Shown in pieces: positions 31,547 through 41,222 of a DNA stretch of 64,000 bases. The position numbers and the translations under genes were made by a program. Every line of letters begins with the position of its first letter. Positions within the stretch are counted from its first letter, which is position 1. This DNA is from a virus. The notes under the pieces were generated by a model. The model did no database searches. It worked only from the letters and a program-made list of their open reading frames with translations, and was not told the origin of the DNA. The stretch is from the IMG/VR virus record IMGVR_UViG_3300010151_000009, positions 20,512 to 84,511 of that record; one strand, 5' to 3'.

Positions 31547-34500
31547 TTACCATGCTAATCTTTGCTTGTATCCACCCGTCTTTTGTATTGATGCAGTTAA
31601 TACAGCATCTTCCTCAGCAGTATAAGGTTGTAGTCGTCTATTAATATAACGATTAATTTGACTAATATATGCTTCTGGATTTTCATCATTACTCAGTTTA
31701 TCACGCGCATGAAGTGCAAACTCTTTACCAAATAATGACTCTAGTCTTCCCCAGTTAGTACCACTAAGATCTGAAGTCTCTCCAAAATAACCTTCACGAA
31801 GTAATTCAAGTTGTGCATCAATACTCATTCCCTCATTCTGTCCAAATTTAAATAATTTACCAGAACCTTGGTTATGAGTTAAAATTGTCATATTACGTAC
31901 ATCTTGTTCTGTTAATCCTAAACTTGGATTATCTGTAGCATATTTACTAAGCACAGCATATCGACGTGCAAATCTATCTATAGTATAAGCTAATGATCTC
32001 GAATCTTGATCATCTATATTAGCATCATTTAAATTATAATAATCAGCTGTACCTTGTGCAGTTCCATCTAATTTTATTTTTAAAATTCCTCTGGATACAG
32101 CTCCTCGGTCACTCTCTTCACCTATAATATTTCTTAGTATTCTTGATTTTGCTATCTTAGTATCAGTTGGTTTATTTAATCCTAAATGTGATTCATGCAT
32201 TGCTGTAGCTAAGACAGCTTCACTTAACCAATTATGATCTATTTCGATTCCTAAATCACTTGTAATTGGAGCAACATTATTTTTTACAAAATTAATATTA
32301 TCATTTAAAATTTCTTTTTCCTTATCTGTATAACCTATTAAAATTTTATTATCTACTTTATTGTTTTTATCACCAATTTCTATAGTATCTACTTTTTCTC
32401 TTTTCTCTGCAAGAAACTCAATGTAAGCATCATTATCATGTTGGATTTCTTCTGACTCATATTGATATTTCCATTGAGGTTTATTTGTTTTTGGAGAGGT
32501 TACCCAAGCAATTCCACCCCCAGTAATATCATTATACGCATCTTCATGCACTATTCCTCCCGCTCCTGTAGCATTAATTTGATGACTAATATAGGGAACT
32601 CCATCTCTAATTTCAGTTACCCATCCTACGTGTGTATTATATGAATCTCCAGTATGTCCATCATAAGCTGCCTCCCATTCTCTTGAATTGTCATATACAA
32701 GGCCAACTACATCTCCAACTTGAAATATTTCTGCTGAAGGTTGATTAGTTTTTCTATGTACTATAGATTTTGTTCTTGCATCATTTGCATTTAAAACATT
32801 ATCAAAATCTGAATGATTATAAATACTAAATTTTTGTACTCCTCCATGATCTATTATATTTTGTTCCATTGTCCAGGCATGTCCACCAACTCCCATTCCC
32901 CAAGCATCGTATCCTTCTCTTTCATATTCATTATTTACATATTCTGCACACCCATCTTCATAACAGAAACTATCTCTGTTTGCAGGATCAAAATATAAGG
33001 ATTGTGTAGTTTGTAATTTATCCATCAATACTTGTTCATAAGCTAATTTTGTCATAGGTCCAAATTTTCCATCTACTCCATCTTTATTTGGTCCATATGA
33101 TCCAAGCATGTCCCCTCGACCAGATGCAATAATTTCTCGTTGTATCTCTTCTACATCTTCTTGATTCATCCTAGTGTATTGTCCAAAATAAGTTTTAACA
33201 ACTTCTGCAGCAGATTCTTTGACTTCTTTTTCTGCACGTATCTGATTGTTCTGTTCGATATTCCTATCATAAGACTCGTACATGTCTTTTACGTTTACAT
33301 CAGTTAAGTTATGATCATAAACTTCAGGTTCTTTTTCATCTTCCACTACTTCTGGTGCATCTTCAGGTTCCTCAACTGTTACTGTAGGTATTATAGGGAC
33401 TTGGGATTGAATTTGATCAGTTGGTAAAGGTTCTATTTGATATAAATCATTATCATAAAATCCTCCATCTTGTTTTTTAGTAGATTTTCTATTATTCCAT
33501 TTCTTCCTTTCTTCATCTTTATATTTTTTAGGTAATTTATCCCAAGAATATTTTACTTTACTCTTATCTTTTAAAGTATAACTAAAAGATTTCTTATGAT
33601 ATTTTCCCCAAAATTCAAATATTTGCTCGTCAGTAGGAGGTTTCTTTCCTTTAACTAATTTATCAAAAGCATCTCGTTGTTGTGTACCATGATAAATTTT
33701 CTCAATTAAAAAGATAGCATCTTGATCTTCTTTATCAAATGTTGAAAAATCTGAAGATGAATTTTGATAATTATCCTTTAATTTATTTACAGAACTATGA
33801 TTTGCTTCTCTAAAATCTATATTACCTTTATTTTCTAAAAACTGTTTAGTAACATTTACTGCAGTATTACCACTTCCGTCTTCAGTATTCTCAAATTGAT
33901 ATGTTCCTCTACCAGGTCCATCAAATGGAACTCTTTTACCATCTACTGTTTTATAAGACACCTGCTTTTGTTCAGGATTATTATATGACTCATGATTACC
34001 AATTGCACTCATAACTGTTCTAACGTAATCCATATTTCGCCCTGTCTTAATTAAGTAATTTTTTGTAATTGTATATAAAGATTCGTGTCCAGCATCGTGA
34101 GTTGCTCTAACTTGAGAAATATATTGATCTGTTTGTGAAGTTGCAGGTTTAATCCCATCTATAACTCCTTGTGGAACTTTAGAATCTCTACCTCCTCCAT
34201 TTTGATACTTTCTTAATCCTCCTTTTTTAAAAGTAGTAAATGGATTTTTACCATCATTTGTAAGTTGTCTTATCTCATCTCCACTTAAGATTCCTTTAGA
34301 TTGTCTTATAGGAATATTTTGTTTCCCTACAATTTGAGTTGTTGTACTAATTCCTGGAGGATGTATAGTATTAGTATTTATCACTCCTCCATGAGGTATC
34401 TTATCAAGACTTTTAATATCCGTGCTTGTATTAAATATCCCCATACTAGGATCATTATGTCCATAATTATCTAACCCACTTATTCTGTCATATATCTGAT

Positions 34501-35770
34501 CATTACTAAGTTTTGAAACATCATCCTCAAATATATTTATTTTTGAAGTATATGCACTTCTGTCAGGGGCTCTACCATATCTAGAATGTGTTTGTCCTGG
34601 AAAATCTCCATAATATACAACATCACTGTTACCACGTACACCACTAAAACCCGCTCGATTTCCTACTCCTCCAGTAGGAGTTGTACCCATAAACTCAGCT
34701 AATTGTTTTGGGTCGCTAGGATCAAATCCATATTTCTCTGCTGCTTTTAGTAATTCCTCATTTCTCATAACGTTACCATTTATATTAACAGTACGATATG
34801 CATTATTTCTTGAAGAATACTCCTTAAGTAAATCTTCTCTAGTAGTTATTTGTTTATATCCAGCATCACTATTTTTAACTATACCTGGTTGGTGTAAATC
34901 AGATAATTGTTTATTTAATTGTGCTTTTTTTCCTCTATCTAGAACATTATAAACTTTTTTACCAACGTTTTTACCCTGTTTAAGAACAGCTCCTCCAGCA
35001 AATGGTACGGCTATACCTGCCATTGAAAGACTTGCGTCACCATAATTACCTCTGTATGTAGATGCCGCAGCACTTAAAAGATCTCCTACTTCTGAAACAA
35101 TTGGAATACCTGTCATACCTATAGCATCTCCCGCTTTAACAGGATCTGTTAAAAACTCTGTTATATCTTCCTTAGCTTGTATCACATGTTTTTTTGTTGC
35201 CTCTTTATCATCAGCTACTTTTACATTTTTTTCCTCGAAAGTCATTGGAGTCCCATCTTTATTATAGTACTTAGAACCTTGAGTTGTACTTACAGTATTA
35301 GAAAGAATTCCTTTATTTTTTGCTGTCTTTGTCGTACCAGTCTTTTCTTCTTCTAAGAATTGGTTAATAAACGCATCCTTATCAAATCCAGCATCTTGAT
35401 ATTTTCTTACACCACCTTTTTGATAGGTACCAGGAGATTCAATAACAGTTCCTTCATCTTCTCCCATAGAAAGATTTTGTATTCCTGGAGGAACAGATTT
35501 ATATGATCTAACTAAATTACCTTGATTGTCAACTTTTTTAATGTCTATAGGTTCAGACATTCCTACAGTATTCATAGGACCTGAAACATTTGGAAATACC
35601 ATACTAGATCCAGGAGGCGCTCCTCTTAAACCTTGCTCTTGCTCTGCTTTAGTTCGAGCAACTTTAGCATTTGCAATCTGCTCTTTTTTAATTAGATCTC
35701 CTATAGATCCTTTATAATCATTAGCAAGAGCTGACTTTAATATCTCAAATTGTTTTTCTAATGCATTCAT
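31547..35770 (-). CDS. Multidomain virion cargo protein: pre-toxin-TG-like module, lysozyme/transglycosylase-like domain, PG-binding domain, CHAP/NlpC amidase, second transglycosylase-like domain
   Basis: GIPIVSEVGDLLSAAASTYRGNYGDASLSMAGIAVPFAG; AIGNHES...GPGRGTYQF; VEEIQ...GVDGKFGPMTKLA; CAEYV...GHAW...GDVV...THVG; AMHES...HNQG...YI. Confidence 0.7.
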   Translation of the reverse strand: MNALEKQFEILKSALANDYKGSIGDLIKKEQIANAKVARTKAEQEQGLRGAPPGSSMVFPNVSGPMNTVGMSEPIDIKKVDNQGNLVRSYKSVPPGIQNLSMGEDEGTVIESPGTYQKGGVRKYQDAGFDKDAFINQFLEEEKTGTTKTAKNKGILSNTVSTTQGSKYYNKDGTPMTFEEKNVKVADDKEATKKHVIQAKEDITEFLTDPVKAGDAIGMTGIPIVSEVGDLLSAAASTYRGNYGDASLSMAGIAVPFAGGAVLKQGKNVGKKVYNVLDRGKKAQLNKQLSDLHQPGIVKNSDAGYKQITTREDLLKEYSSRNNAYRTVNINGNVMRNEELLKAAEKYGFDPSDPKQLAEFMGTTPTGGVGNRAGFSGVRGNSDVVYYGDFPGQTHSRYGRAPDRSAYTSKINIFEDDVSKLSNDQIYDRISGLDNYGHNDPSMGIFNTSTDIKSLDKIPHGGVINTNTIHPPGISTTTQIVGKQNIPIRQSKGILSGDEIRQLTNDGKNPFTTFKKGGLRKYQNGGGRDSKVPQGVIDGIKPATSQTDQYISQVRATHDAGHESLYTITKNYLIKTGRNMDYVRTVMSAIGNHESYNNPEQKQVSYKTVDGKRVPFDGPGRGTYQFENTEDGSGNTAVNVTKQFLENKGNIDFREANHSSVNKLKDNYQNSSSDFSTFDKEDQDAIFLIEKIYHGTQQRDAFDKLVKGKKPPTDEQIFEFWGKYHKKSFSYTLKDKSKVKYSWDKLPKKYKDEERKKWNNRKSTKKQDGGFYDNDLYQIEPLPTDQIQSQVPIIPTVTVEEPEDAPEVVEDEKEPEVYDHNLTDVNVKDMYESYDRNIEQNNQIRAEKEVKESAAEVVKTYFGQYTRMNQEDVEEIQREIIASGRGDMLGSYGPNKDGVDGKFGPMTKLAYEQVLMDKLQTTQSLYFDPANRDSFCYEDGCAEYVNNEYEREGYDAWGMGVGGHAWTMEQNIIDHGGVQKFSIYNHSDFDNVLNANDARTKSIVHRKTNQPSAEIFQVGDVVGLVYDNSREWEAAYDGHTGDSYNTHVGWVTEIRDGVPYISHQINATGAGGIVHEDAYNDITGGGIAWVTSPKTNKPQWKYQYESEEIQHDNDAYIEFLAEKREKVDTIEIGDKNNKVDNKILIGYTDKEKEILNDNINFVKNNVAPITSDLGIEIDHNWLSEAVLATAMHESHLGLNKPTDTKIAKSRILRNIIGEESDRGAVSRGILKIKLDGTAQGTADYYNLNDANIDDQDSRSLAYTIDRFARRYAVLSKYATDNPSLGLTEQDVRNMTILTHNQGSGKLFKFGQNEGMSIDAQLELLREGYFGETSDLSGTNWGRLESLFGKEFALHARDKLSNDENPEAYISQINRYINRRLQPYTAEEDAVLTASIQKTGGYKQRLAW

Positions 35771-38079
35771 TTCTTAGTAGTTCCTGAACTTGGCTTAGGT
35801 TTTGCTTTTGCAATTTTCTCTTTAGACTTAATTTCTTTACCTTTAAGTTTAAGTTCATCCCTTCTAATACTTTCATCTGCTTTATTAGCTCTTTCTTTTT
35901 CATCTGCTTCTTTTACTTTAGTATCAGAATCTTGCAATTTAACTCCTATCTCTTGATCGCCTTGTACAGAATCTAAACTAATTCTAGCATTATTGTCATC
36001 CGCATGAATCATAGCAACTTTAATTTGAGTTTCTCTATCTTTTTGCTTATTCATGTTATCATTCTCTAGAACATCTTTAGCTTGTTCAAGTTTTTGTTGC
36101 TCAATTTCATTTTTAGATTGTTGTTGTTCTTGTTCTAATTGTTGTAACTGTTTCTCTGCAGCAGCTACTTTTGCTTTAATAGATGAGAAGTTTTCAGATT
36201 CTAACATATGAACTATAGTTGAAGACGGAACTCCATTTTGAATCATTGATTGCGATAATTGTTTTATTAGATCTAACTTTTCTTGCTCTTTACCAGAATC
36301 TTTAACAAAAATACCATAATTTGATTCCATATGAGACATGCTATCAATATCTAGAAATTCTTGAGTTCCATCAGGCATCATAAAAGCAGCTTTCTTTCCG
36401 TCAATCCAAGCTTCTTTAGAATAATCTAACATTGCTTGTAAATCTCTTTGTTCCATTCTATTAAACTTTTTAAATAAATCTTCTGTAATATGGGATGATT
36501 GTACAATTGCTTGTTGAGCAACTGCTTTACCTTCATATGGACCTACTGTACCTTGTCTTTGTCTATTAACTCCAGATAATTTTTCCCATTCAACCATAAT
36601 TGACTCTAATAATGCAATATATTGATCAATAGTTTTAATTGACATATCCATTACAGATTGATGTTGAGGATTTAATTGTATTCCTTCTTTATTATAATCT
36701 ACCCAAGCTATTCCTGTACCTTCAACATAATACATAAACTTATCCATATCCCATTTTTTAGGGATCATATTAATATCAAATTGAGCGATAATGTCTTTAC
36801 TTCTTGCAATAGCAAGTTCTAATCTATATTTATAGATATTATATGTTAATTGAAATGGGATCCCGAGAGCTACTAAAGAAATATTTTGAGCGTTTGTATC
36901 TGAATAATGTCTTCCATTTATAGGAAGTTTACATGTAGATTCATTATCTAAAGATTCTCTTTGATTAGCTATAGGATTAATATTAATATACATTCGTCCA
37001 TCAATTCGTGTACCTTCCCAAACTTCATTTACCCACATCCAAGAAATTTTAGCTCCTTGAGCTTTCATTTCTGCAGGCATTCTGAATCCATCTTCTACCT
37101 CTTGTTCTTCCATAGCTCCAGTCAAAGGATCTAAGTAAGATAAAAACCCTACTCTTTTCCTAGATTTCCAATATACATTTATAACCTCTAATAATCTATT
37201 TCTATAAGCATTAGGATCTTTACCTGATGAACTCGCATACATTAAATAAGAGTCTGCTTCTGAATGAGTAGGATTTTCTAAATTTAAAACTTGTTCTTCA
37301 GTTAACCATTCATAATATTGATCAACAACTGTAGACGCATGCATGTATTTTCTAATTAATGCCCAATCTCCATCTTCAACAAACTCTAAATCTGGGTCTA
37401 AATCATAATCTACATCAATTGGATTTAATACGTCTAAGAATGGTTCTCCATTTCTAACTCCTCTATGAGTATAAGTTTCTCCAGCAACTAAAAAATGAAA
37501 CCATGCCTGACTAAATTTATCTTCAGCTTCTTGCTGAGCCATAACATATGTTAAAGCATGTTGTCCTTTAATAGCTCTGTTATCTACATACGAATTCTCA
37601 AATTGATCTGCTATATGTTGAGGTAACTCTATATCATAATTATCAATGCCTGTATCTACTCCTCGAGCATTCATTTGATTAACAAACATTTCTTGCATAC
37701 CTCTCATAATAGCGTCTTGTTTTGACTCTTCTTTAATTGAGATTGCATCTGCATTTTTAACTACAACGGTGAAATTGAGAGGTCTTTTAGACTTTTCTCC
37801 GAGAAGGAGATCAATTATAGGCTTTATAATAGGATAGTTACGCATTCTAGATGGGAAATTACTTCGACTTTTACCATACGGTTTAAGTACGTGCGTATAG
37901 TCTCCCTCATCAATTACACCATTATAGTAATCATATAATCTTTTCAGATTATCTTTATTAGTGGCATATCCAGTACCTTGATTTGAGAGGTCAATATATG
38001 CCTCTACACAAGCTTCTCTCCACTGTTTAGTTTTTTTATTGACAGCTAACCTCTGCCGTGGTATTTTATCATAGCCCAT
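35767..38079 (-). CDS. Portal protein
   Basis: 770 aa; IPRQRL, YDYYNG, NYPIIKPIIDLLLGE, WVNEVWEG, CKLP, LSGVNRQRQG, QSSHITE motifs of the crAss portal. Confidence 0.9.
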   Translation of the reverse strand: MGYDKIPRQRLAVNKKTKQWREACVEAYIDLSNQGTGYATNKDNLKRLYDYYNGVIDEGDYTHVLKPYGKSRSNFPSRMRNYPIIKPIIDLLLGEKSKRPLNFTVVVKNADAISIKEESKQDAIMRGMQEMFVNQMNARGVDTGIDNYDIELPQHIADQFENSYVDNRAIKGQHALTYVMAQQEAEDKFSQAWFHFLVAGETYTHRGVRNGEPFLDVLNPIDVDYDLDPDLEFVEDGDWALIRKYMHASTVVDQYYEWLTEEQVLNLENPTHSEADSYLMYASSSGKDPNAYRNRLLEVINVYWKSRKRVGFLSYLDPLTGAMEEQEVEDGFRMPAEMKAQGAKISWMWVNEVWEGTRIDGRMYININPIANQRESLDNESTCKLPINGRHYSDTNAQNISLVALGIPFQLTYNIYKYRLELAIARSKDIIAQFDINMIPKKWDMDKFMYYVEGTGIAWVDYNKEGIQLNPQHQSVMDMSIKTIDQYIALLESIMVEWEKLSGVNRQRQGTVGPYEGKAVAQQAIVQSSHITEDLFKKFNRMEQRDLQAMLDYSKEAWIDGKKAAFMMPDGTQEFLDIDSMSHMESNYGIFVKDSGKEQEKLDLIKQLSQSMIQNGVPSSTIVHMLESENFSSIKAKVAAAEKQLQQLEQEQQQSKNEIEQQKLEQAKDVLENDNMNKQKDRETQIKVAMIHADDNNARISLDSVQGDQEIGVKLQDSDTKVKEADEKERANKADESIRRDELKLKGKEIKSKEKIAKAKPKPSSGTTKK

Positions 38080-38085
38080 AATCTA

Positions 38086-38093
38086 CAAAAGTA
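38086..38093 (-). promoter_or_regulatory. Bacteroidota-type -7 promoter box (TACTTTTG) for the portal
   Basis: TAnnTTTG ending 6 nt before the portal ATG. Confidence 0.6.
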
Positions 38094-38157
38094 CTTAAAT
38101 TTTTAGTTATTTTTACTTATTAGTCTTATTTATTATTTTATATTATAATATATCACT

Positions 38158-38487
38158 TTAAAGATAATCACATATACTATATAAACTATATTGTAAAGTC
38201 AATTCTTCTCCTTGTTCTATTTTTCTTAATGTTTTTAATTTTTTGTAATCATCATTTTCATCATCTTCTATAAGTTCACAATTAGGAGTTTCAGAATGAT
38301 TAATAAATCCTCCTAATGGCGTACGTATATAATCATGTTGAAAATTTGGATCATATACATGACTTATACCTATAACTACCTCCCCCGGAATATCTTCTGT
38401 AGCGAGAATCCCAGCTCCATGAATTTGTGACGGACCTATTGCTAAGTACTCCGGTAGAGGGTTATAAGGTAATTTCTTTTTTTTCAT
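38158..38487 (-). CDS. SET-domain protein (putative lysine methyltransferase)
   Basis: SQIHGAGILATEDIPG, GGFINHSETPNC, RKIEQGEELTLQY: all canonical SET motifs. Confidence 0.88.
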   Translation of the reverse strand: MKKKKLPYNPLPEYLAIGPSQIHGAGILATEDIPGEVVIGISHVYDPNFQHDYIRTPLGGFINHSETPNCELIEDDENDDYKKLKTLRKIEQGEELTLQYSLYSICDYL

Positions 38488-40451
38488 TAATAATAATTTT
38501 TATTAAACCATTCATTAGAAGCATTATCTTCTAATATATCTTTAACTTCTGCATTATATAATTCTTTAGTATGATACATACCAATCATAAATGCCATTAC
38601 ACGGTCAAAATTGCCTTTATGATTGAATTTAATTAATTCTGTTAAAAATGCAGGATCATAAATCTTATGCAAATTTAGTAATTGTTTTCCATTTTCGTCT
38701 GTTCTTCTTACAGTATTTAACCAGTCTCTAATATAAATCTCTCCTTGACGTTTCCTAGGTTCTGTCATGTGCATACCATATTGACGTTTTACTGTTCTAC
38801 TTCTAAGTTCTTTTTTATCTAACATCTCAAACTCTTCTTGTAATTTATGTAACTTTCTATGTCTTTTAGCGTATGATATAACCTCCCCACGATCATTCTC
38901 AAATCCTATTTTACATCCATAATAATCTGCTAATGTAAATAAATTTCTATTATAATCATCTTGCGTATTAGGTCGTCCTACATAAGATGCTACTATAATA
39001 TCATCAGGCTGAGATAAATTATTAGGTCTTTTTAATACATATGCAGCGCCTAATGATGTGCTATCTGCAGATTGGTTTTGTCCATACGGGTCATGACAAA
39101 TTACATACATATTTAGAGGTACTTGTTGCGCAGAGTTTTTATAAGGAGATTCATATATTACTACAGCTCCTGTAGTATCATCATCTTTCCTATGAGGAAA
39201 TTTTAATACTTGTTTTAAATCTCCATCTGGTTTAAATTTAACATCTCCTTTAGAATTATAATATAAACGTCCAACTGTACCTATAGCCTGTAAATTATTA
39301 GCTTTTATATTATTATATTGTTCTTGTAAAGATGCAACATCAAATAAATTAGCAGTTACTTGTAAAGTAGCCTCTTGAGGTGAAAAAGGGTGCTCCGCTA
39401 TATATTGGTCTAATGATTTTGCATCAGCTGCACCCTTCTTCTTTTCCCTCATTCCTTTCTCATACTCTATAGCTTGTTCTCTTATTGAATTTCCATTCTC
39501 GTCTATAAAGCCATCTAGATTTGTTTGTATAGGAATAAAATATCCACATGTACTCCCCATAGCACCTTCATCCCATATATTCTCATAATTCATACAATCA
39601 TATGCTTCTGGATTATAAAAGATTTCTTCCATTGCCTCAAAATCTGCTCCTTCTGTACCACCTGTTCCAAAAGCTACCATTAATCCTAGTGTTTTAGAAC
39701 CTTGTCTCATTGTTGGCATTGTTACTTCCCATGCTTTTAATAGTCCTGGGAATGAACCCGCTTCTTCAAAGAATACTAACTCCCCTGCTTTACCCCTTAC
39801 TTTATCTGGTGCATCTTTTAATGATACTCCCATTATTTGAGATTTCATCCCCATTTCTATTTCAATTCCATTAACTTTTTTCTTATATCCAGACATCTTA
39901 TTCATTTCCCTATCACGTAATCTTGGTTGAGCCCATGCCGTATGATCATCTATAAAAGATAAAAACTCCCAAGCTTTTGAGAGTAATCCATCACCAATTA
40001 AATATTCTTTTTGGGAGGCAAATACAAAGTTTTTTGAATTCTTTACAAAGAAATAGTTTCTAGCAAGCATGGCTCCAGCTTTATAAGAATATCCTTTACG
40101 CCTTGCTTTAAGAACAATCATATGTTTATTCTCTGCCCTAGCTTTGTCTATCTCATTAAAATATTCCCAATCTCCATCATAAAATCTAGGAAATGTACGT
40201 TCCCGTTTAGATTGAATTGTACCATCTGGAAGTTCTTCATCTACAGCCCTATCAATAGGACAGTAGTTTAAATAAAAATAATGAAAGCCTGTAACATGTA
40301 ATTCATCTACTTTATATCCATACATGCACCGTTCCTTTTCTTCATCCCAATACTCATAATAATCACGAGTTCCAGGAAGAGCATCTGTATAACGACCGGT
40401 CTCTAAAAATCTGACTGCGGCTGGTCTGAGTCTGTCTGTGTCTCTGAGCAT
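38487..40451 (-). CDS. terL: Terminase large subunit
   Basis: LKARRKGYSYK (Walker A), FEEAG (Walker B), GTGG, HDPY nuclease motif, GNFDRVMA. Confidence 0.92.
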   Translation of the reverse strand: MLRDTDRLRPAAVRFLETGRYTDALPGTRDYYEYWDEEKERCMYGYKVDELHVTGFHYFYLNYCPIDRAVDEELPDGTIQSKRERTFPRFYDGDWEYFNEIDKARAENKHMIVLKARRKGYSYKAGAMLARNYFFVKNSKNFVFASQKEYLIGDGLLSKAWEFLSFIDDHTAWAQPRLRDREMNKMSGYKKKVNGIEIEMGMKSQIMGVSLKDAPDKVRGKAGELVFFEEAGSFPGLLKAWEVTMPTMRQGSKTLGLMVAFGTGGTEGADFEAMEEIFYNPEAYDCMNYENIWDEGAMGSTCGYFIPIQTNLDGFIDENGNSIREQAIEYEKGMREKKKGAADAKSLDQYIAEHPFSPQEATLQVTANLFDVASLQEQYNNIKANNLQAIGTVGRLYYNSKGDVKFKPDGDLKQVLKFPHRKDDDTTGAVVIYESPYKNSAQQVPLNMYVICHDPYGQNQSADSTSLGAAYVLKRPNNLSQPDDIIVASYVGRPNTQDDYNRNLFTLADYYGCKIGFENDRGEVISYAKRHRKLHKLQEEFEMLDKKELRSRTVKRQYGMHMTEPRKRQGEIYIRDWLNTVRRTDENGKQLLNLHKIYDPAFLTELIKFNHKGNFDRVMAFMIGMYHTKELYNAEVKDILEDNASNEWFNKNYY

Positions 40452-40702
40452 TTCTTTTTTATTTTAACCAATTCTGCACATTTTTCATATTCTTCGGTAC
40501 TAGTATAATATTCTATTACCATATCTATTATATCTGGAGTTCTCCCATCTTCATGAACAGGATCAAATGGTAAATAAAATTCATCATATTCTTCATCCTC
40601 AAGATCAAAATAGATATCATCTACCGTTTTCTTTCTGGTTATAATATCATAAGCATTGCCCATAGCTTGTTCATATATTTCTAAGTCTTCTAAAAAATCC
40701 AT
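40403..40702 (-). CDS. Small acidic protein with UVR-like C-terminal motif
   Basis: IEYYTSTEEYEKCAELVKIK resembles the UvrB/C helical hairpin. Confidence 0.55.
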   Translation of the reverse strand: MDFLEDLEIYEQAMGNAYDIITRKKTVDDIYFDLEDEEYDEFYLPFDPVHEDGRTPDIIDMVIEYYTSTEEYEKCAELVKIKKKCSETQTDSDQPQSDF

Positions 40703-41217
40703 TACATACTATATTTATTTACTTCTATTCCCCCTCTATTTGTATTAGCGGCTTGTTCTTCTTTTTTAACTATTTCTTCTAATCTACTTAATCCATCAAC
40801 TACTTTCCCCATATTAGATAGATTTGCTATTAAGTCTTTTGCATTAAATATAGGTTTACCATTATCATCCATTAGTGTTAAATCTATATCTCTAAAATAT
40901 TTTTCTAACTTTACTATTGATTCTCTAGCAGCTTTTAACAATCTTACCGCTGAGGTTTCAATAAGTTCATCATATTTATCACATGCACCTAATATTTTTG
41001 ATGATGGAGACCATTTTTTTTCTTCTCCAAAGATACTATTTTTTACTTCAATTACACGTTGATCCCATTCATAAACTGCAAACGGACTATTATTATCAAC
41101 CATAAAATATACAAATGCTAATTCTTTTGTATTGAGTTTTTTAAATTCTTTTATTGTTAATGCATATGCACTTGGCACGGCATTATTATCTTTTAAATAT
41201 ATTAAACTATCAGCCAT
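40702..41217 (-). CDS. Conserved crAss-like protein, candidate terminase small subunit
   Basis: KELAFVYFMVD..SPF, helical C-terminus ending NRGG; upstream of terL. Confidence 0.5.
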   Translation of the reverse strand: MADSLIYLKDNNAVPSAYALTIKEFKKLNTKELAFVYFMVDNNSPFAVYEWDQRVIEVKNSIFGEEKKWSPSSKILGACDKYDELIETSAVRLLKAARESIVKLEKYFRDIDLTLMDDNGKPIFNAKDLIANLSNMGKVVDGLSRLEEIVKKEEQAANTNRGGIEVNKYSM

Positions 41218-41222
41218 TTTTT

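Noticed and set aside
34180-34236. KKGGLRKYQNGGGRDS resembles the ribosomal protein L27 N-terminus (KKGGGSTxNGRDS)
   Set aside because: Short low-complexity match that is better explained by the tandem GG motif; no further L27 similarity.
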